Shown here piece after piece: positions 32,449-42,338 of a stretch of 64,000 nt of DNA. A program made the position numbers and the translations under genes. The stretch is from a virus: positions 34,504-98,503 of IMG/VR virus record IMGVR_UViG_3300020192_000009. The stretch is one strand, 5' to 3'. Each line of letters starts with the position of its first letter. The stretch's first letter is position 1. The notes under the pieces are model-generated. The model was not told the origin of the DNA. It saw only the letters and a list, made by a program, of their open reading frames with translations, and did not search any database.

Positions 32449-34296
32449 CTAAGTATCAGACCAACGTCGTCCAATATCGACATCGACAGGGAATTTAACG
32501 CCATTCCATTCGTGCGTCCAGCACGCAATGATAGCGTCTTTAACTTCTTGCGCTTGCGCTTCAGGGGCACGAACGAGCACGGAATCGTGCCCATTGTGAA
32601 TCAAGCGCGGAGCGCTGCCAACAGGCGCACTTTGATCATAGCGTTGCGCGAAACGCACAGCACCAATACCCCAAAAGTCTGCGCCACCAGACTGATTCGG
32701 AAAGTTACTGACAACCGTAGGGTCAACCCGCCCCATGGGGAACACTTGACGACGCCCTAAGATCGGGCTGCGAATTTCGCCCTGCTGAATCGTGTAATCG
32801 AGCATCTTTTTTTGGAAAAGGCGCAACCCCTGGCAGGTACGGTTAACCTCAATCAAGAATGCGCGCACAACAGCGATTTCAAGATCAGGTTCGTCTTTGA
32901 CAACTGAGAGCCAAAGCGTGTCAACAGAGCCGCCATAGAAACCGCCGTATTCGAGACGTTTGGTCAAATCGCGAAGCTTGTCGCGCCGCTTGCAGTCTTT
33001 GCACTTAGATTTAGGGTCTGCGGGGTTTGGCCCGCAAGCGTGCCCTTTGTGCATGTTGTACGTCGTTACCAAACTTGGGAATTCCCGAGGGAACGCAAGC
33101 ACCCCAAACTGCGTATGAATGTCCCGATCATTCTGAAAGATATCGAGCAAGAACGGATCCTGTGACATGGCCGCAAGCAAACGCGCTTCAAGCTGCGCGT
33201 AATCGGCACCAATCAAGATCTCCCCGGGAGGGGCCGCTATCATCTCGCGAACGTTCGCCGCGCCACCACCAGCACGCTTAGACCAGTTTTGGCAATTGGG
33301 ACTGCTGCCCCAACGCCCCGTAATTTTGTGCACCATCCAATCGGCATGAATCACGCCGTAATGCCGCCCATCGGAAGCTTGCGCGATATCTACGGGCTCA
33401 ATGCCGTCGATAAAGTTGTTCACAGCGCTTGCCGTCAACGTGTACTTGAGCAACGCACGAGCGACTTCATGGTATGCAACGCTTTCAAGCGTTTCTTTGT
33501 CAATCTTGGGCAGGCCCGTCTTCTCTGTCATTTGCAGCAAGGGCACGCCTGCAACACGCAAGATCGCTGCCTGTTGGATCTTGGAGCCAATGTTAATGCC
33601 GCCAATGCAATCGGCAACTAAGTCTTCATCGACTATCGGTGCAGGTGTGAAACTGCCATCAAGCGCTTCCACAACAAACCCACGCGTTGTGTAACTACGT
33701 AACGTTGACGCAATCGGCGCGCGTTCTTGCTGCAGGAGTGTTGCCAAACCATCAATTGTGCAAGGCTGATGCGCAAAAGCTTGATACTTGATCCATTCCC
33801 AAATGGCTTGGCGCAATGCTGATTTTTCTAGCCCTGCCAAAAACTCTTGCTTGCGCAACGTCGCACGTTCGAGCAATGCGCCTTCGTTTGACATGGGCAT
33901 GCCGGTGCTATCAATTGAGCCGCCAACGTTTTCGCCTTTGCGTACGCTGGTTGCCTGAAACTTAGCCACCCAATCAACGAACGCTTCAAAATGCGTATCT
34001 TGCGTGTAGGGCAAGAGCGTTGTTAAGGCCTTGTCGCGCAATTCAACAAGAATACCGCGCACATGTACACGTGCATTCATGTCAACGGGAAGCCCCGCAC
34101 GTTTCATCTGCAACGCGATACGCGCAAGGCTACGGTCTAGGTCGTAAACGGCAAGTGTATTGGTTTTGTGCAACGCTGGTGCTAAGGCCAAGTAGGCGCG
34201 ACACATGCCGAGTACGTCACGCGCGTTATACCGCGCGTCGTCCGGCTTCATTACCAAAGGCACAATATTTCGTGGGTCTGTCTCGCCTGCGTACAT
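32449..34296 (-). CDS. Family A DNA polymerase, C-terminal part (ExoIII plus polymerase domain)
   Basis: YNARD (ExoIII), TGRWGSSPNCQN, ADYAQLEAR (motif A), KRLEYGGFYG (motif B), GHDS (motif C). Confidence 0.9.
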   Translation of the reverse strand: MYAGETDPRNIVPLVMKPDDARYNARDVLGMCRAYLALAPALHKTNTLAVYDLDRSLARIALQMKRAGLPVDMNARVHVRGILVELRDKALTTLLPYTQDTHFEAFVDWVAKFQATSVRKGENVGGSIDSTGMPMSNEGALLERATLRKQEFLAGLEKSALRQAIWEWIKYQAFAHQPCTIDGLATLLQQERAPIASTLRSYTTRGFVVEALDGSFTPAPIVDEDLVADCIGGINIGSKIQQAAILRVAGVPLLQMTEKTGLPKIDKETLESVAYHEVARALLKYTLTASAVNNFIDGIEPVDIAQASDGRHYGVIHADWMVHKITGRWGSSPNCQNWSKRAGGGAANVREMIAAPPGEILIGADYAQLEARLLAAMSQDPFLLDIFQNDRDIHTQFGVLAFPREFPSLVTTYNMHKGHACGPNPADPKSKCKDCKRRDKLRDLTKRLEYGGFYGGSVDTLWLSVVKDEPDLEIAVVRAFLIEVNRTCQGLRLFQKKMLDYTIQQGEIRSPILGRRQVFPMGRVDPTVVSNFPNQSGGADFWGIGAVRFAQRYDQSAPVGSAPRLIHNGHDSVLVRAPEAQAQEVKDAIIACWTHEWNGVKFPVDVDIGRRWSDT

Positions 34297-34307
34297 GGGA
34301 TAGTGCC

Positions 34308-35711
34308 TTATGCGAAAAGGATGTTGAGTTGTTCAGCTGCGCGGGTCACTGCTGTGTACAGCCACCGGATCTTAGCGTCAGGCGTGGCGCCCAACCATCT
34401 GTCAACAATGACAGTACACTCGCGTGATTGACTGCCTTGGTGTTTGTGGCACGTCATGGCGTACCCATAATCGAACAACAAACCAACATCGGCCCAGCTA
34501 CGAGGGTGCGGCTGTGGAATGTCCGTAAATGCTGATACTGTTTTTTCACGATTGAACTGGTGCGTATTGATCGGACCCTCAATAAGCAAGTTGTCATCCA
34601 GGAAAGCAACGCGGCCTTGGGCGCAGCCGTAACCGTCAATGCACGCTGCAAGTTCAGCGTCATCATCGGCAAGCAGCCAACTGCCTTGCTGAAACGTACC
34701 CCGCATGCCGTTGAATACGGGACTTGCGTTCTTCAGCAAAATCAAAGGCTCACCCGGCATAGGCAAAGGATTCGTGAAGCCTTTGTATTTGCGCACAAAC
34801 TGATTCACTTGCACGCGTGTTGCGTTTTTGAAACAAATTACGGTGTGATCGGGCCCCACCGAGCTAACCACATCGGCAAACTTTGGAATGAAACGCACCC
34901 GCGAGTCTGTAGGCTTGAACTGGCGAATGTCGTATCCCGCCCGTACCCATTGAGCGAGCGCCAAAATCGGGTTGCCTTCCGCTTGTCTATGAATTTTTTC
35001 GAGCTTTACATCAGGCTTTTCCATCAGATTCAGCGTCGAAGAACCAACAGGCGGCAATTGCCCGTGGTCCCCAACAGCGAGAATTGGAATGTTGTACGCA
35101 AGCAGATCCGCCCATAACTCTGCATCAACCATAGAGGCTTCATCAACAACAATGAAATCGTGCCCAAAGTGCGCAGGCTCAACAGCCAACCAACCCGTAA
35201 CCTTGCCGGTCTTGCTATCGACAATGGGCCGCTTGATAAGGCTGTGAATGGTTTGACAGGCACAATCGTTTAAGCCGTTTTCGATTAGCTTGCGTGCAAG
35301 TACGTTCGTTGCTTTGCCGGTATACGCACAAAAAACAATGCTACGAAAATGCGCTTGCAGCGCTACCGCCAAGGCCGATGTAATTGTGGTTTTACCGGTG
35401 CCCGCAAGGCCCCCAAGCTTTAACACCATGGCGCTAGATTCGCCGGTAATGCGTCTAGCAACGTTTGCCGCTATGGCCCATTCCATTACACGGTCGAAAA
35501 CCTCTACTTGATCTTCGGATAGTGTGTCGCGTGTGAAAACGCGTGTCGGTGCTCGTAACTGTTTGGCGCGCTCATCGGCAGACCTTTCGACAATGCGCTC
35601 GACAATCACGCCCCGTTGCATAGGGCGCTGCAGTTGTGGCTTGGCACTTGACCTTGGCTTGCTATGTGTTGGTATCATCATTGGGATTCTCGGTGTCTTC
35701 GACAGCTGCAT
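34308..35711 (-). CDS. SF1B RecD/Dda-like helicase
   Basis: GLAGTGKTT, DEASM, GDHGQLPPV, HRQ, CHKHQGSQ, YTAVTRA. Confidence 0.9.
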   Translation of the reverse strand: MQLSKTPRIPMMIPTHSKPRSSAKPQLQRPMQRGVIVERIVERSADERAKQLRAPTRVFTRDTLSEDQVEVFDRVMEWAIAANVARRITGESSAMVLKLGGLAGTGKTTITSALAVALQAHFRSIVFCAYTGKATNVLARKLIENGLNDCACQTIHSLIKRPIVDSKTGKVTGWLAVEPAHFGHDFIVVDEASMVDAELWADLLAYNIPILAVGDHGQLPPVGSSTLNLMEKPDVKLEKIHRQAEGNPILALAQWVRAGYDIRQFKPTDSRVRFIPKFADVVSSVGPDHTVICFKNATRVQVNQFVRKYKGFTNPLPMPGEPLILLKNASPVFNGMRGTFQQGSWLLADDDAELAACIDGYGCAQGRVAFLDDNLLIEGPINTHQFNREKTVSAFTDIPQPHPRSWADVGLLFDYGYAMTCHKHQGSQSRECTVIVDRWLGATPDAKIRWLYTAVTRAAEQLNILFA

Positions 35712-36732
35712 TGCTTAGGAGATCGCGGAGCGACACAACAGGCGCACGCCCAGAATTGTGCATGGCAACGCGAGGGAAGTTATAGACATTTTCAGGAGCC
35801 TCAGCGGGCGCGTCAGGCACGACGGACACGACGGGCACGATAGCCAATTCAATTTGGCGTGTCTCAGCAGACGCTTCAGGTACAGGCACACTGCCGCGCT
35901 TTGGTGTTTTACGTGCAATCTTATCGGCTTTCAATGCGGCGTTGCTTGCTTCATGCGCCGCCACCCGTTCAGCTTTGCGTTCAGCTTTAATGCGCTCCAT
36001 TTCGCGAGGTACTGCGAAATTGCACAACGTATCGAGCCGCATGTCGAGTTGCGGTCCTGTGACAGTTTCAGCGAGCACGGCATCCAAAGCTTCTTGCACA
36101 ACCGGCGTCATGGGATACGTCTTTAGAAATATCTCAATCTTGGTTGCTGCTTTAGCGTGTGCTTTTACAATCGCTTTATCGTTTTTGTCCTGGACCTTGC
36201 CCTGTTCTTTGACGATCTTGGTTGCCGCCTTAACAGCCACCTTCTCGGCCTGTTTAAACTCTTTGTCGCGGGCCTTACTCGCCTCTTGCGCATCTTTGTG
36301 CCACACCTTCCAAGGGGGCACGACGCAAAACTGCGCCACGACGTTTTGCAAGTCATGCGCTAGCCCGGGGAACGCTGCATGATGCGCAAGCATCGAGTCT
36401 TCCCACAACCCGCCTACGGGGCCTTCTTCAGCTTCCCAACGTTGGATATCGGCTTGGCAGTTGTGCGCGATCTTAACCAACAGAGGATCCGCAACAGCTT
36501 CGCGAAGCGCAACCATGACGGACTCTGGCAATGTGGGCCGCCACAAACTGATTGCGCGAATAGCGGTTCCAATACCGATCCATGTAATTCGCCCGTCAGG
36601 CGCCCATTCCAAATCGAAGCCTAAAGCGCCCCATGCGCGGCATTCGGCAATCATCAGCACAACAGCCTCAGCGGCTGCGCCCGGTACGGTAAAAACACCG
36701 CTATCACCGGTCTGTAAAGGTGTTGGTGTCAT
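35662..36732 (-). CDS. N-terminal part of the polymerase 3'-5' exonuclease (ExoI and ExoII) with a charged helical tail
   Basis: GFDLEW, IAHNCQADI, WEDSMLAHH. Confidence 0.75.
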   Translation of the reverse strand: MTPTPLQTGDSGVFTVPGAAAEAVVLMIAECRAWGALGFDLEWAPDGRITWIGIGTAIRAISLWRPTLPESVMVALREAVADPLLVKIAHNCQADIQRWEAEEGPVGGLWEDSMLAHHAAFPGLAHDLQNVVAQFCVVPPWKVWHKDAQEASKARDKEFKQAEKVAVKAATKIVKEQGKVQDKNDKAIVKAHAKAATKIEIFLKTYPMTPVVQEALDAVLAETVTGPQLDMRLDTLCNFAVPREMERIKAERKAERVAAHEASNAALKADKIARKTPKRGSVPVPEASAETRQIELAIVPVVSVVPDAPAEAPENVYNFPRVAMHNSGRAPVVSLRDLLSNAAVEDTENPNDDTNT

Positions 36733-37826
36733 GACAAGTCTTCCAGTGCAGTTGCTGTTAGTTCAATGAACAGATCACGATTACCAACGCGTATCGCAAT
36801 TGCGCGTAGTGTAGGCAAAATATCAGGATTCGCGTCACAGAACAGCGAAAAAGCGACTTCTGGCGTTGCTTCGTTCGCTTCTGGGATCGCTTCTGTGGGT
36901 GCTTCGTTTACGACATCGACAGCCACATCTGCAGACTCTTGCGGAGACAACGCCGCCGCAAGGCTTCCCACAATTTCTGCAAGGCCAGCAATTGCCTCAT
37001 CTGTAATCGGCATGTCAACGGGGGGCGCCGCCACAGGCAAAGGTGTTGCCGTGATCTCAAATGCGACCGGCACAGCCAACACAATGCTTTGTGGTGGCAA
37101 CGCAAACACAGGTGGCCGCAATGGGCCGGGCTCGATAAACACGGCAATATCGTCCGACCATTCAGAAGCAAGCGTGCCGTTTGCGATATGGAACGCCTTT
37201 ACAATGTCTGCTTCGAGAAACAGCATTTGCGCGTCCATATTCATTTTTTGTTTACCGCCCCCTTCTGTGCCTTCACCCGCGCCACCGCGAATGATTGCGC
37301 CTGGGTGAATGGACGTGACAACAGGCAACCCCGGAAACGCGGGCGATTGTTGAACGGTGCCGCGTGCATCCGAAATTGACGTTGTTTGCAACGCCATGGC
37401 ACCCATTGCAGCACGGCCTAGGGCGAGTACTGCAGTTGGCGCGGCCATACGAATCTCTTGCTCTACACGTGGCCTGCAACAAGCCAAGGCAACAATATAA
37501 GCGTTATCGTCGCGGGGCCGCGGGCACAGCAAAGCATTCGTCGTCCAGACAATTTGACGATCAATGCCGTGATTGCGCAAAACACGGTTAAGCTCTTGCC
37601 CCGCGGGGCCTACGAACGGATACCGTTGCGTGATCTCTTCCGTACTTGGGCTATCCCCAAGAATCAGCAAACTGCCACGCGCACCAGCGCCAGGAACGGC
37701 AACACGAGGTGCACCATTGATGGCTACGGGGCAAGAGCCACACTTAGGGGAATTTTCAGGTCCCCTGTACAAAATCACACGGCCATCCTCATCGCGATCA
37801 GGCCCGCGTGTTTGCGGCGTAGTCAT
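36729..37826 (-). CDS. Uracil-DNA glycosylase family 4 (SPO1-polymerase-type) protein
   Basis: CGSCP, LGDSP, PFVGPAG, TNALLC, CCRP, HP. Confidence 0.85.
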   Translation of the reverse strand: MTTPQTRGPDRDEDGRVILYRGPENSPKCGSCPVAINGAPRVAVPGAGARGSLLILGDSPSTEEITQRYPFVGPAGQELNRVLRNHGIDRQIVWTTNALLCPRPRDDNAYIVALACCRPRVEQEIRMAAPTAVLALGRAAMGAMALQTTSISDARGTVQQSPAFPGLPVVTSIHPGAIIRGGAGEGTEGGGKQKMNMDAQMLFLEADIVKAFHIANGTLASEWSDDIAVFIEPGPLRPPVFALPPQSIVLAVPVAFEITATPLPVAAPPVDMPITDEAIAGLAEIVGSLAAALSPQESADVAVDVVNEAPTEAIPEANEATPEVAFSLFCDANPDILPTLRAIAIRVGNRDLFIELTATALEDLS

Positions 37827-38704
37827 TTCACACCGTCCCGTGCGAGGCGCCGACGCCACGTTGCGACTTTCACAAACAAAGCGCAGGCCTCAATGTGGTT
37901 TTCGTCCATGGTTTTTAACTTATCCTCGAAATCTGCGGGCATGATCTGAATTGATTCTTCGGGGTTACCCGCGTTGCCCTCAAAAGCGGGCATCAACAAC
38001 AAGAAAGGTTCAAGCGGGCCTTCGACAACAGCCTGTGCCACGCAAAACCGACAACCGACAACAAACTCAGTGTGTTCATCACACTTCCAAGCCGGGGCCT
38101 GTACGTAAACGCTTTTCGAGGTACGCGGCAACGCATCGGCTGCGTCGCTGCCTTCAGCATCAGCGTCAGCATCGGCGTCGGCTTCATCGTCGTCTTCCAC
38201 AGCGAGGTCTCGGGGATCGACGCGTTTACCGGCCAAAGTGTCTATGGCTTCCAGGATGCGGCTCCCACCTTTGCCATCAATATGTTGCGTCTTTTCGATC
38301 AACTTAGCGTGGACCAACTCTTGCGGCGTTAACGCACGCGAACACGCAATAGCTGCAACGTTCGCAACCGTTGGCAACGCACATCCATAAGTGTTGTGGA
38401 CCAAACACCAACGATTTGAAGGCGCGTAGCAAGGCAACGCAACACCAGAGCCCGCCATATTATCGCGTAACGTGCGCACGTCTCCGGGGGTCATGCCGCC
38501 TAAAGAGACAGCGCCTGTGCAACCGAGATTCACAATGTCGATGGCTGTACGACAACCAAGCTCTTGCAATTTTGCAACAACAGAAACACGCAATATTTCA
38601 CGCGCATCAGGATCCAACGCCAATCCCGAAGCAAACGGTAGATCTTCTAACAAGCGGGAGTCTTCAAGCATATCGCCAATGGCCATGGGGAACCTCAAAA
38701 GCAA
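37823..38704 (-). CDS. Protein with an RNAP alpha-CTD-like domain and Cys/His motifs
   Basis: LRVSVVAKLQELGCRTAIDIVNL...LGGMTPGDVRTLRDNMAGSGVAL resembles the alpha-CTD HhH pattern. Confidence 0.45.
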   Translation of the reverse strand: MLLRFPMAIGDMLEDSRLLEDLPFASGLALDPDAREILRVSVVAKLQELGCRTAIDIVNLGCTGAVSLGGMTPGDVRTLRDNMAGSGVALPCYAPSNRWCLVHNTYGCALPTVANVAAIACSRALTPQELVHAKLIEKTQHIDGKGGSRILEAIDTLAGKRVDPRDLAVEDDDEADADADADAEGSDAADALPRTSKSVYVQAPAWKCDEHTEFVVGCRFCVAQAVVEGPLEPFLLLMPAFEGNAGNPEESIQIMPADFEDKLKTMDENHIEACALFVKVATWRRRLARDGVK

Positions 38705-38720
38705 AAGAGTAAGCAGAAAA

Positions 38721-38758
38721 GAAAAAGGTGCCGTAGGTTGTAACGCCTACGGCACCTT
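38721..38758 (-). terminator. Rho-independent terminator after the SSB-like gene
   Basis: AAGGTGCCGTAGG/CCTACGGCACCTT stem with an A-tract on the + strand. Confidence 0.8.
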
Positions 38759-38765
38759 AGTTGTG

Positions 38766-39446
38766 TTATCGGCCTACAGGCGTGACCGATGGTGCAGCAA
38801 ACCCACCGCTGAACCCGGGGTAGGGCGTGGCGTGTTGTGGGCTAGGGGCAGCTGCCCAAGGCGCAGCAGCAGCAGGCGGCGCAGCAGCAACAGGAGGCGC
38901 GTACTGTGGCTGTGCAGGAGGCGCGTACTGTGGCTGTGCAGGAGGCGCAGAATACTGCGGTTGCACGGGAGGCGCAGCAGCAGGTGCAAATGCAGCAGCA
39001 GCGGCAGGCGTAGCACTAACGGGAGTGCGTTCATTGATGATCTTGACGCTGTTGGCCTTGCTGACATTGCCAGTCACGGCATCAGTCTTGTCATACGTCT
39101 CGTGCACGCTGTCAGCCATGAAGTAGGTGCCAACGAGTTGTTGATCGTCGAAACCACCATCAGGTGAAAGTTGCACGTGAGTTGCCAAAATCAATTGCTT
39201 GACGCGGCCCAAAGCGCCCTGCTTTACCTGCGCGCCGACGCTGTAACGCCCGAAAGCTTTACGGCCTTTCAGTTCGCCTTCAGACACCACCATCAACTCA
39301 CACACCATCTGCTCTTTGCCGGGCTCTTTGCCGGGCTCGGTCGTGACCTTGGCGATCTGAAAGACAAGGCCTTCAGCGGGCGGAAGCCCTTCGTTCGCGC
39401 CGTTCCATGCTTGTACAGAATGCAGACTCAAATTCAAAAATGCCAT
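38766..39446 (-). CDS. DUF669-like single-stranded DNA-binding protein
   Basis: OB-fold-like N-domain (GELKGRK), Pro/Ala-rich tail; next to the Sak4-like ATPase. Confidence 0.65.
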   Translation of the reverse strand: MAFLNLSLHSVQAWNGANEGLPPAEGLVFQIAKVTTEPGKEPGKEQMVCELMVVSEGELKGRKAFGRYSVGAQVKQGALGRVKQLILATHVQLSPDGGFDDQQLVGTYFMADSVHETYDKTDAVTGNVSKANSVKIINERTPVSATPAAAAAFAPAAAPPVQPQYSAPPAQPQYAPPAQPQYAPPVAAAPPAAAAPWAAAPSPQHATPYPGFSGGFAAPSVTPVGR

Positions 39447-39535
39447 TAGCGATCTCCTACTTATCTACTTGTTTTTGTTGCAACTTAACGTACGCCCAGC
39501 ACTGTTACTGCGGTACGCAAATCTAGACGGACACT

Positions 39536-40315
39536 TTAACGCGGAGGTAGTTGTACACCGTGTGGGAAGCCTGGCATAGCAGGCGACACAGGTTTTTCGG
39601 CTACACCCAGTAACGGAAAAATCAATTTGAAACTTGGGATCAAGGGAGTCTGTAAAGGCCAGCGTCCCCCGAGAAAATTCCATTGACGGAATGGTTGCGT
39701 GTGCAACTCATAAACAGGCGGTTGGCCGGGAACGCCGGGATTCGCAAACGTTAACCATTTGAAGTCGCAAAAGCTGGGAAATTTCTCGCCCATTTGACCC
39801 GCAATTGCAAGCCCGCCTTCTTGCTTTGTGTGACACAACCATAAAATGTTTGCAGGCAACGCGTGAAAGCGGTTTAGCAAATTTTTCAAATGCGAAGCAA
39901 GGTCACCGTACAGCTGACGCTTATCTTTGCCATTGGGCGAAGCCTCAAGCTCGGCCAAGACGCGATCCACATAGATTGAAAGTGGATCGATTACGATGGT
40001 CCGCCAGGGAAACCTGCCGTCGAGCTTGGCCTTTTCCAACCGCGCCAAGATCATGGCAATGTCAGATTCGCGGTTGCCCACTTTCATCGCGTTTTCAATC
40101 ACCCACACATCAGGTGGTATCGCGGGATCCCACCACCATTGGGGATCCATATTGAACAGTGTTTTGTAGCCACCTTCCGTTGCATCACTGATGAACAACG
40201 GGCGCGGCGCTGATGCTGCAAACGTTGTTTTGCCCGAACTGGCAGCACCTGCCACGAGCGCGCGAATGTTTACAGGTGCCAGACCGGATTGAACTTTAAT
40301 TTCAAGCATACACAA
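39536..40315 (-). CDS. AAA_24 / Sak4-like recombination ATPase
   Basis: GAASSGKTT, TIVIDPLS, YGDL. Confidence 0.8.
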   Translation of the reverse strand: MCMLEIKVQSGLAPVNIRALVAGAASSGKTTFAASAPRPLFISDATEGGYKTLFNMDPQWWWDPAIPPDVWVIENAMKVGNRESDIAMILARLEKAKLDGRFPWRTIVIDPLSIYVDRVLAELEASPNGKDKRQLYGDLASHLKNLLNRFHALPANILWLCHTKQEGGLAIAGQMGEKFPSFCDFKWLTFANPGVPGQPPVYELHTQPFRQWNFLGGRWPLQTPLIPSFKLIFPLLGVAEKPVSPAMPGFPHGVQLPPR

Positions 40316-40330
40316 AATCCCTTCGTTGCA

Positions 40331-41269
40331 TTACAACGCGTCTGCCCCTGGTAGTTTCTTAGGCACAATGCGTACTAGATCATTATTCAAATCGCGACAG
40401 TGCGTCCAAAACGCACAACGATCATACCGATTCATGCAACCTGCAAGACTGCGCGGCCAATACCCGGCGTTACGGTAACGCGTTCGTAAATCATTCCAAA
40501 ACACACGATCACGCGCGAACGTAGAAACAACCTCCCGAGGTTGCACAATCTCTACACGCATATGCCGTGGTGGGAAGCCCTTCGATGTCAGATTGATCTT
40601 CGTACCCGTTAAAGGTGCGCCGAACATCTTAGACATTTCGGACAAGTCCCAGGCGTAAAATTGGCCGATCACTTCACCATCGAGCCACCAAGATTCGAGA
40701 ACATCGGGTGTGAACGCAGAAGCCGATTTATGTTCGATATTCCAAATGCCACCGTCTTCGTACGCAAGCATGTCGAAACGACACGTATGAATCCCGGGAA
40801 TGCCAGCGCTCATTTCAACCGCAAGCGGCTGCAAGTCTAACTCGGGGCCCCAATATTCGCTGTAACTGTAGTACATGCGTTTGACTTGGCGCACGTGCTC
40901 TATGGAAGCTCCCGCATCTTCTACAGCTTGCAAGAAATCTAATGGGTTCGGCATGTTTGCACGCCAACCGGGGTATCCCGCAGGTAAACGCCGTCCATAA
41001 TGCACAGCAAGGATCGCATGAAACAGGCTTCCAACTTCAAGCGCAGTTGGATTGCGAATCTTTAAATTGTTGTCCATTGGATCAATGGCAACCGCGCCTA
41101 GCTCATTCTTGAGATAGTAACGATAAGGGCAACGTTGCAGGTCGCCCATTTTGGACCAACCGTCTTCCGAAGGCCCACCAAGAGGCTCACAATTGAATTT
41201 CGCAAAAGCTTGGTCTAGCGCTTCGTTCATGGACAGCGCATCAGGCGCCTCAATTTGAATGTATGCCAT
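40331..41269 (-). CDS. PD-(D/E)XK Cas4/RecB-like exonuclease with four conserved Cys
   Basis: RCPYRY, GSLFH, RFD...IEHKS, QFY, C....RC.F...C. Confidence 0.8.
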   Translation of the reverse strand: MAYIQIEAPDALSMNEALDQAFAKFNCEPLGGPSEDGWSKMGDLQRCPYRYYLKNELGAVAIDPMDNNLKIRNPTALEVGSLFHAILAVHYGRRLPAGYPGWRANMPNPLDFLQAVEDAGASIEHVRQVKRMYYSYSEYWGPELDLQPLAVEMSAGIPGIHTCRFDMLAYEDGGIWNIEHKSASAFTPDVLESWWLDGEVIGQFYAWDLSEMSKMFGAPLTGTKINLTSKGFPPRHMRVEIVQPREVVSTFARDRVFWNDLRTRYRNAGYWPRSLAGCMNRYDRCAFWTHCRDLNNDLVRIVPKKLPGADAL

Positions 41270-41273
41270 ACGG

Positions 41274-41474
41274 TTACCGCCGCTTCTTGCGGATTGCCGC
41301 AGCTTCGCGCGCTACCACGCGTTCAAGAAGGAACACAAGGAATTCGTTGCGTGACAAATGCCCCGCAGGTGCGGGCAACTTCTTGCAGATAGCTTCGTGC
41401 AAAACATCTACAGCCGTCGCAAGTCGCGCAGGTATGCGGATTGTAAATGCGATTTTGTCTGTTGTTAGCGGCAT
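41274..41474 (-). CDS. Ribbon-helix-helix regulator
   Basis: IAFTIRIPARL...LSRNEFLVFLLE. Confidence 0.7.
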   Translation of the reverse strand: MPLTTDKIAFTIRIPARLATAVDVLHEAICKKLPAPAGHLSRNEFLVFLLERVVAREAAAIRKKRR

Positions 41475-41497
41475 CTGGATTCACTGTGTGGAAACAA

Positions 41498-41569
41498 TAT
41501 TTATGTTAAAGCCTTCGCGCCGTCAACAAGAAAAAATCACTGTGGTGCATATAAAATCACTGTGGTGCA
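41498..41569 (-). promoter_or_regulatory. Promoter and tandem operator of the replication operon
   Basis: TTGACG-N17-TAAATA on the - strand; 17-bp direct repeat AAAATCACTGTGGTGCA at 41533 and 41553. Confidence 0.6.
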
Positions 41570-41587
41570 CTTTTGCCGTTAAAACGC

Positions 41588-41612
41588 AAAAAACCTCGGG
41601 ATTTCCGAGGTT
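41588..41612 (-). terminator. Rho-independent terminator
   Basis: AACCTCGG/CCGAGGTT stem with an A-tract on the + strand. Confidence 0.75.
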
Positions 41613-42338
41613 CGCGTTACGCACTTAAAATGTTTACGAACTGTTTAATCAGGCCAAGCGGCTTCAGCGGCAGCGTCCATAGGGTCTTGCAAATCGAATT
41701 TTTGCGCCAACGCTGCTCGCAGATTCACACGGCCTGTTTGTGTAGACACGATTTCAACAGCGTTGCTTTGCGGATCCCGCAACGCGACGATCATGTCTGT
41801 AACGCCAGCTTGTTGCGTTAGCTGTGCAATTTGGGCGATCAGCGCCGCGATTCGCGGAGTAACGGTAGCGGGCCTTGTCATGGGATACGTCCTTACGTAA
41901 TGATTTTGCTTTTCGGCACCGCAGGTTCCAAAGGTGCGGTTCCCAACAGTTTACCAGACACTTCTTGCGCAGCGCTAATAGCCGCAAAAGCCGCCGTCGC
42001 GTACTTCACTTGTGTATCCCGATCCAAGTCCCCCCAATCAATATCGACAGCGATTGGCAAGGCCATGAACAGCGCCCGCGCTGCCGCCGCAATTGCTTTC
42101 GCGTCCAACCCCTGAAGCATCTTCAAAATGCCACCGGCAGGCCCATCTGGCACATTGGCTTTTACCCGCAATACCGGCGCCCCTCCGGGAGGCGTGAACC
42201 CGTAGGCCACCAGCGCGGCGATGCCGTGCTCTTCCGCGTGGCGCAGGAAGCTAATAACCAAGGGATCAGGGTCTGCTTTAAAGGTCATGCGCGGCAGCCT
42301 ACCCCGGGTGCGCTAAGCGCGTCAATCAGCAACTGTTT

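Noticed and set aside
35662-36300. Split intein or intron joining the polymerase fragments
   Set aside because: No N-terminal Cys block, no C-terminal HN motif and no recognisable intron structure
38895-38965. 21-bp tandem repeats
   Set aside because: They encode the PQYAPPA low-complexity tail of the SSB-like protein
40331-41269. Cas4-like nuclease as part of the CRISPR system
   Set aside because: It sits in the standard phage nuclease-Sak4-SSB recombination module, over 10 kb from any array, with no cas1/cas2
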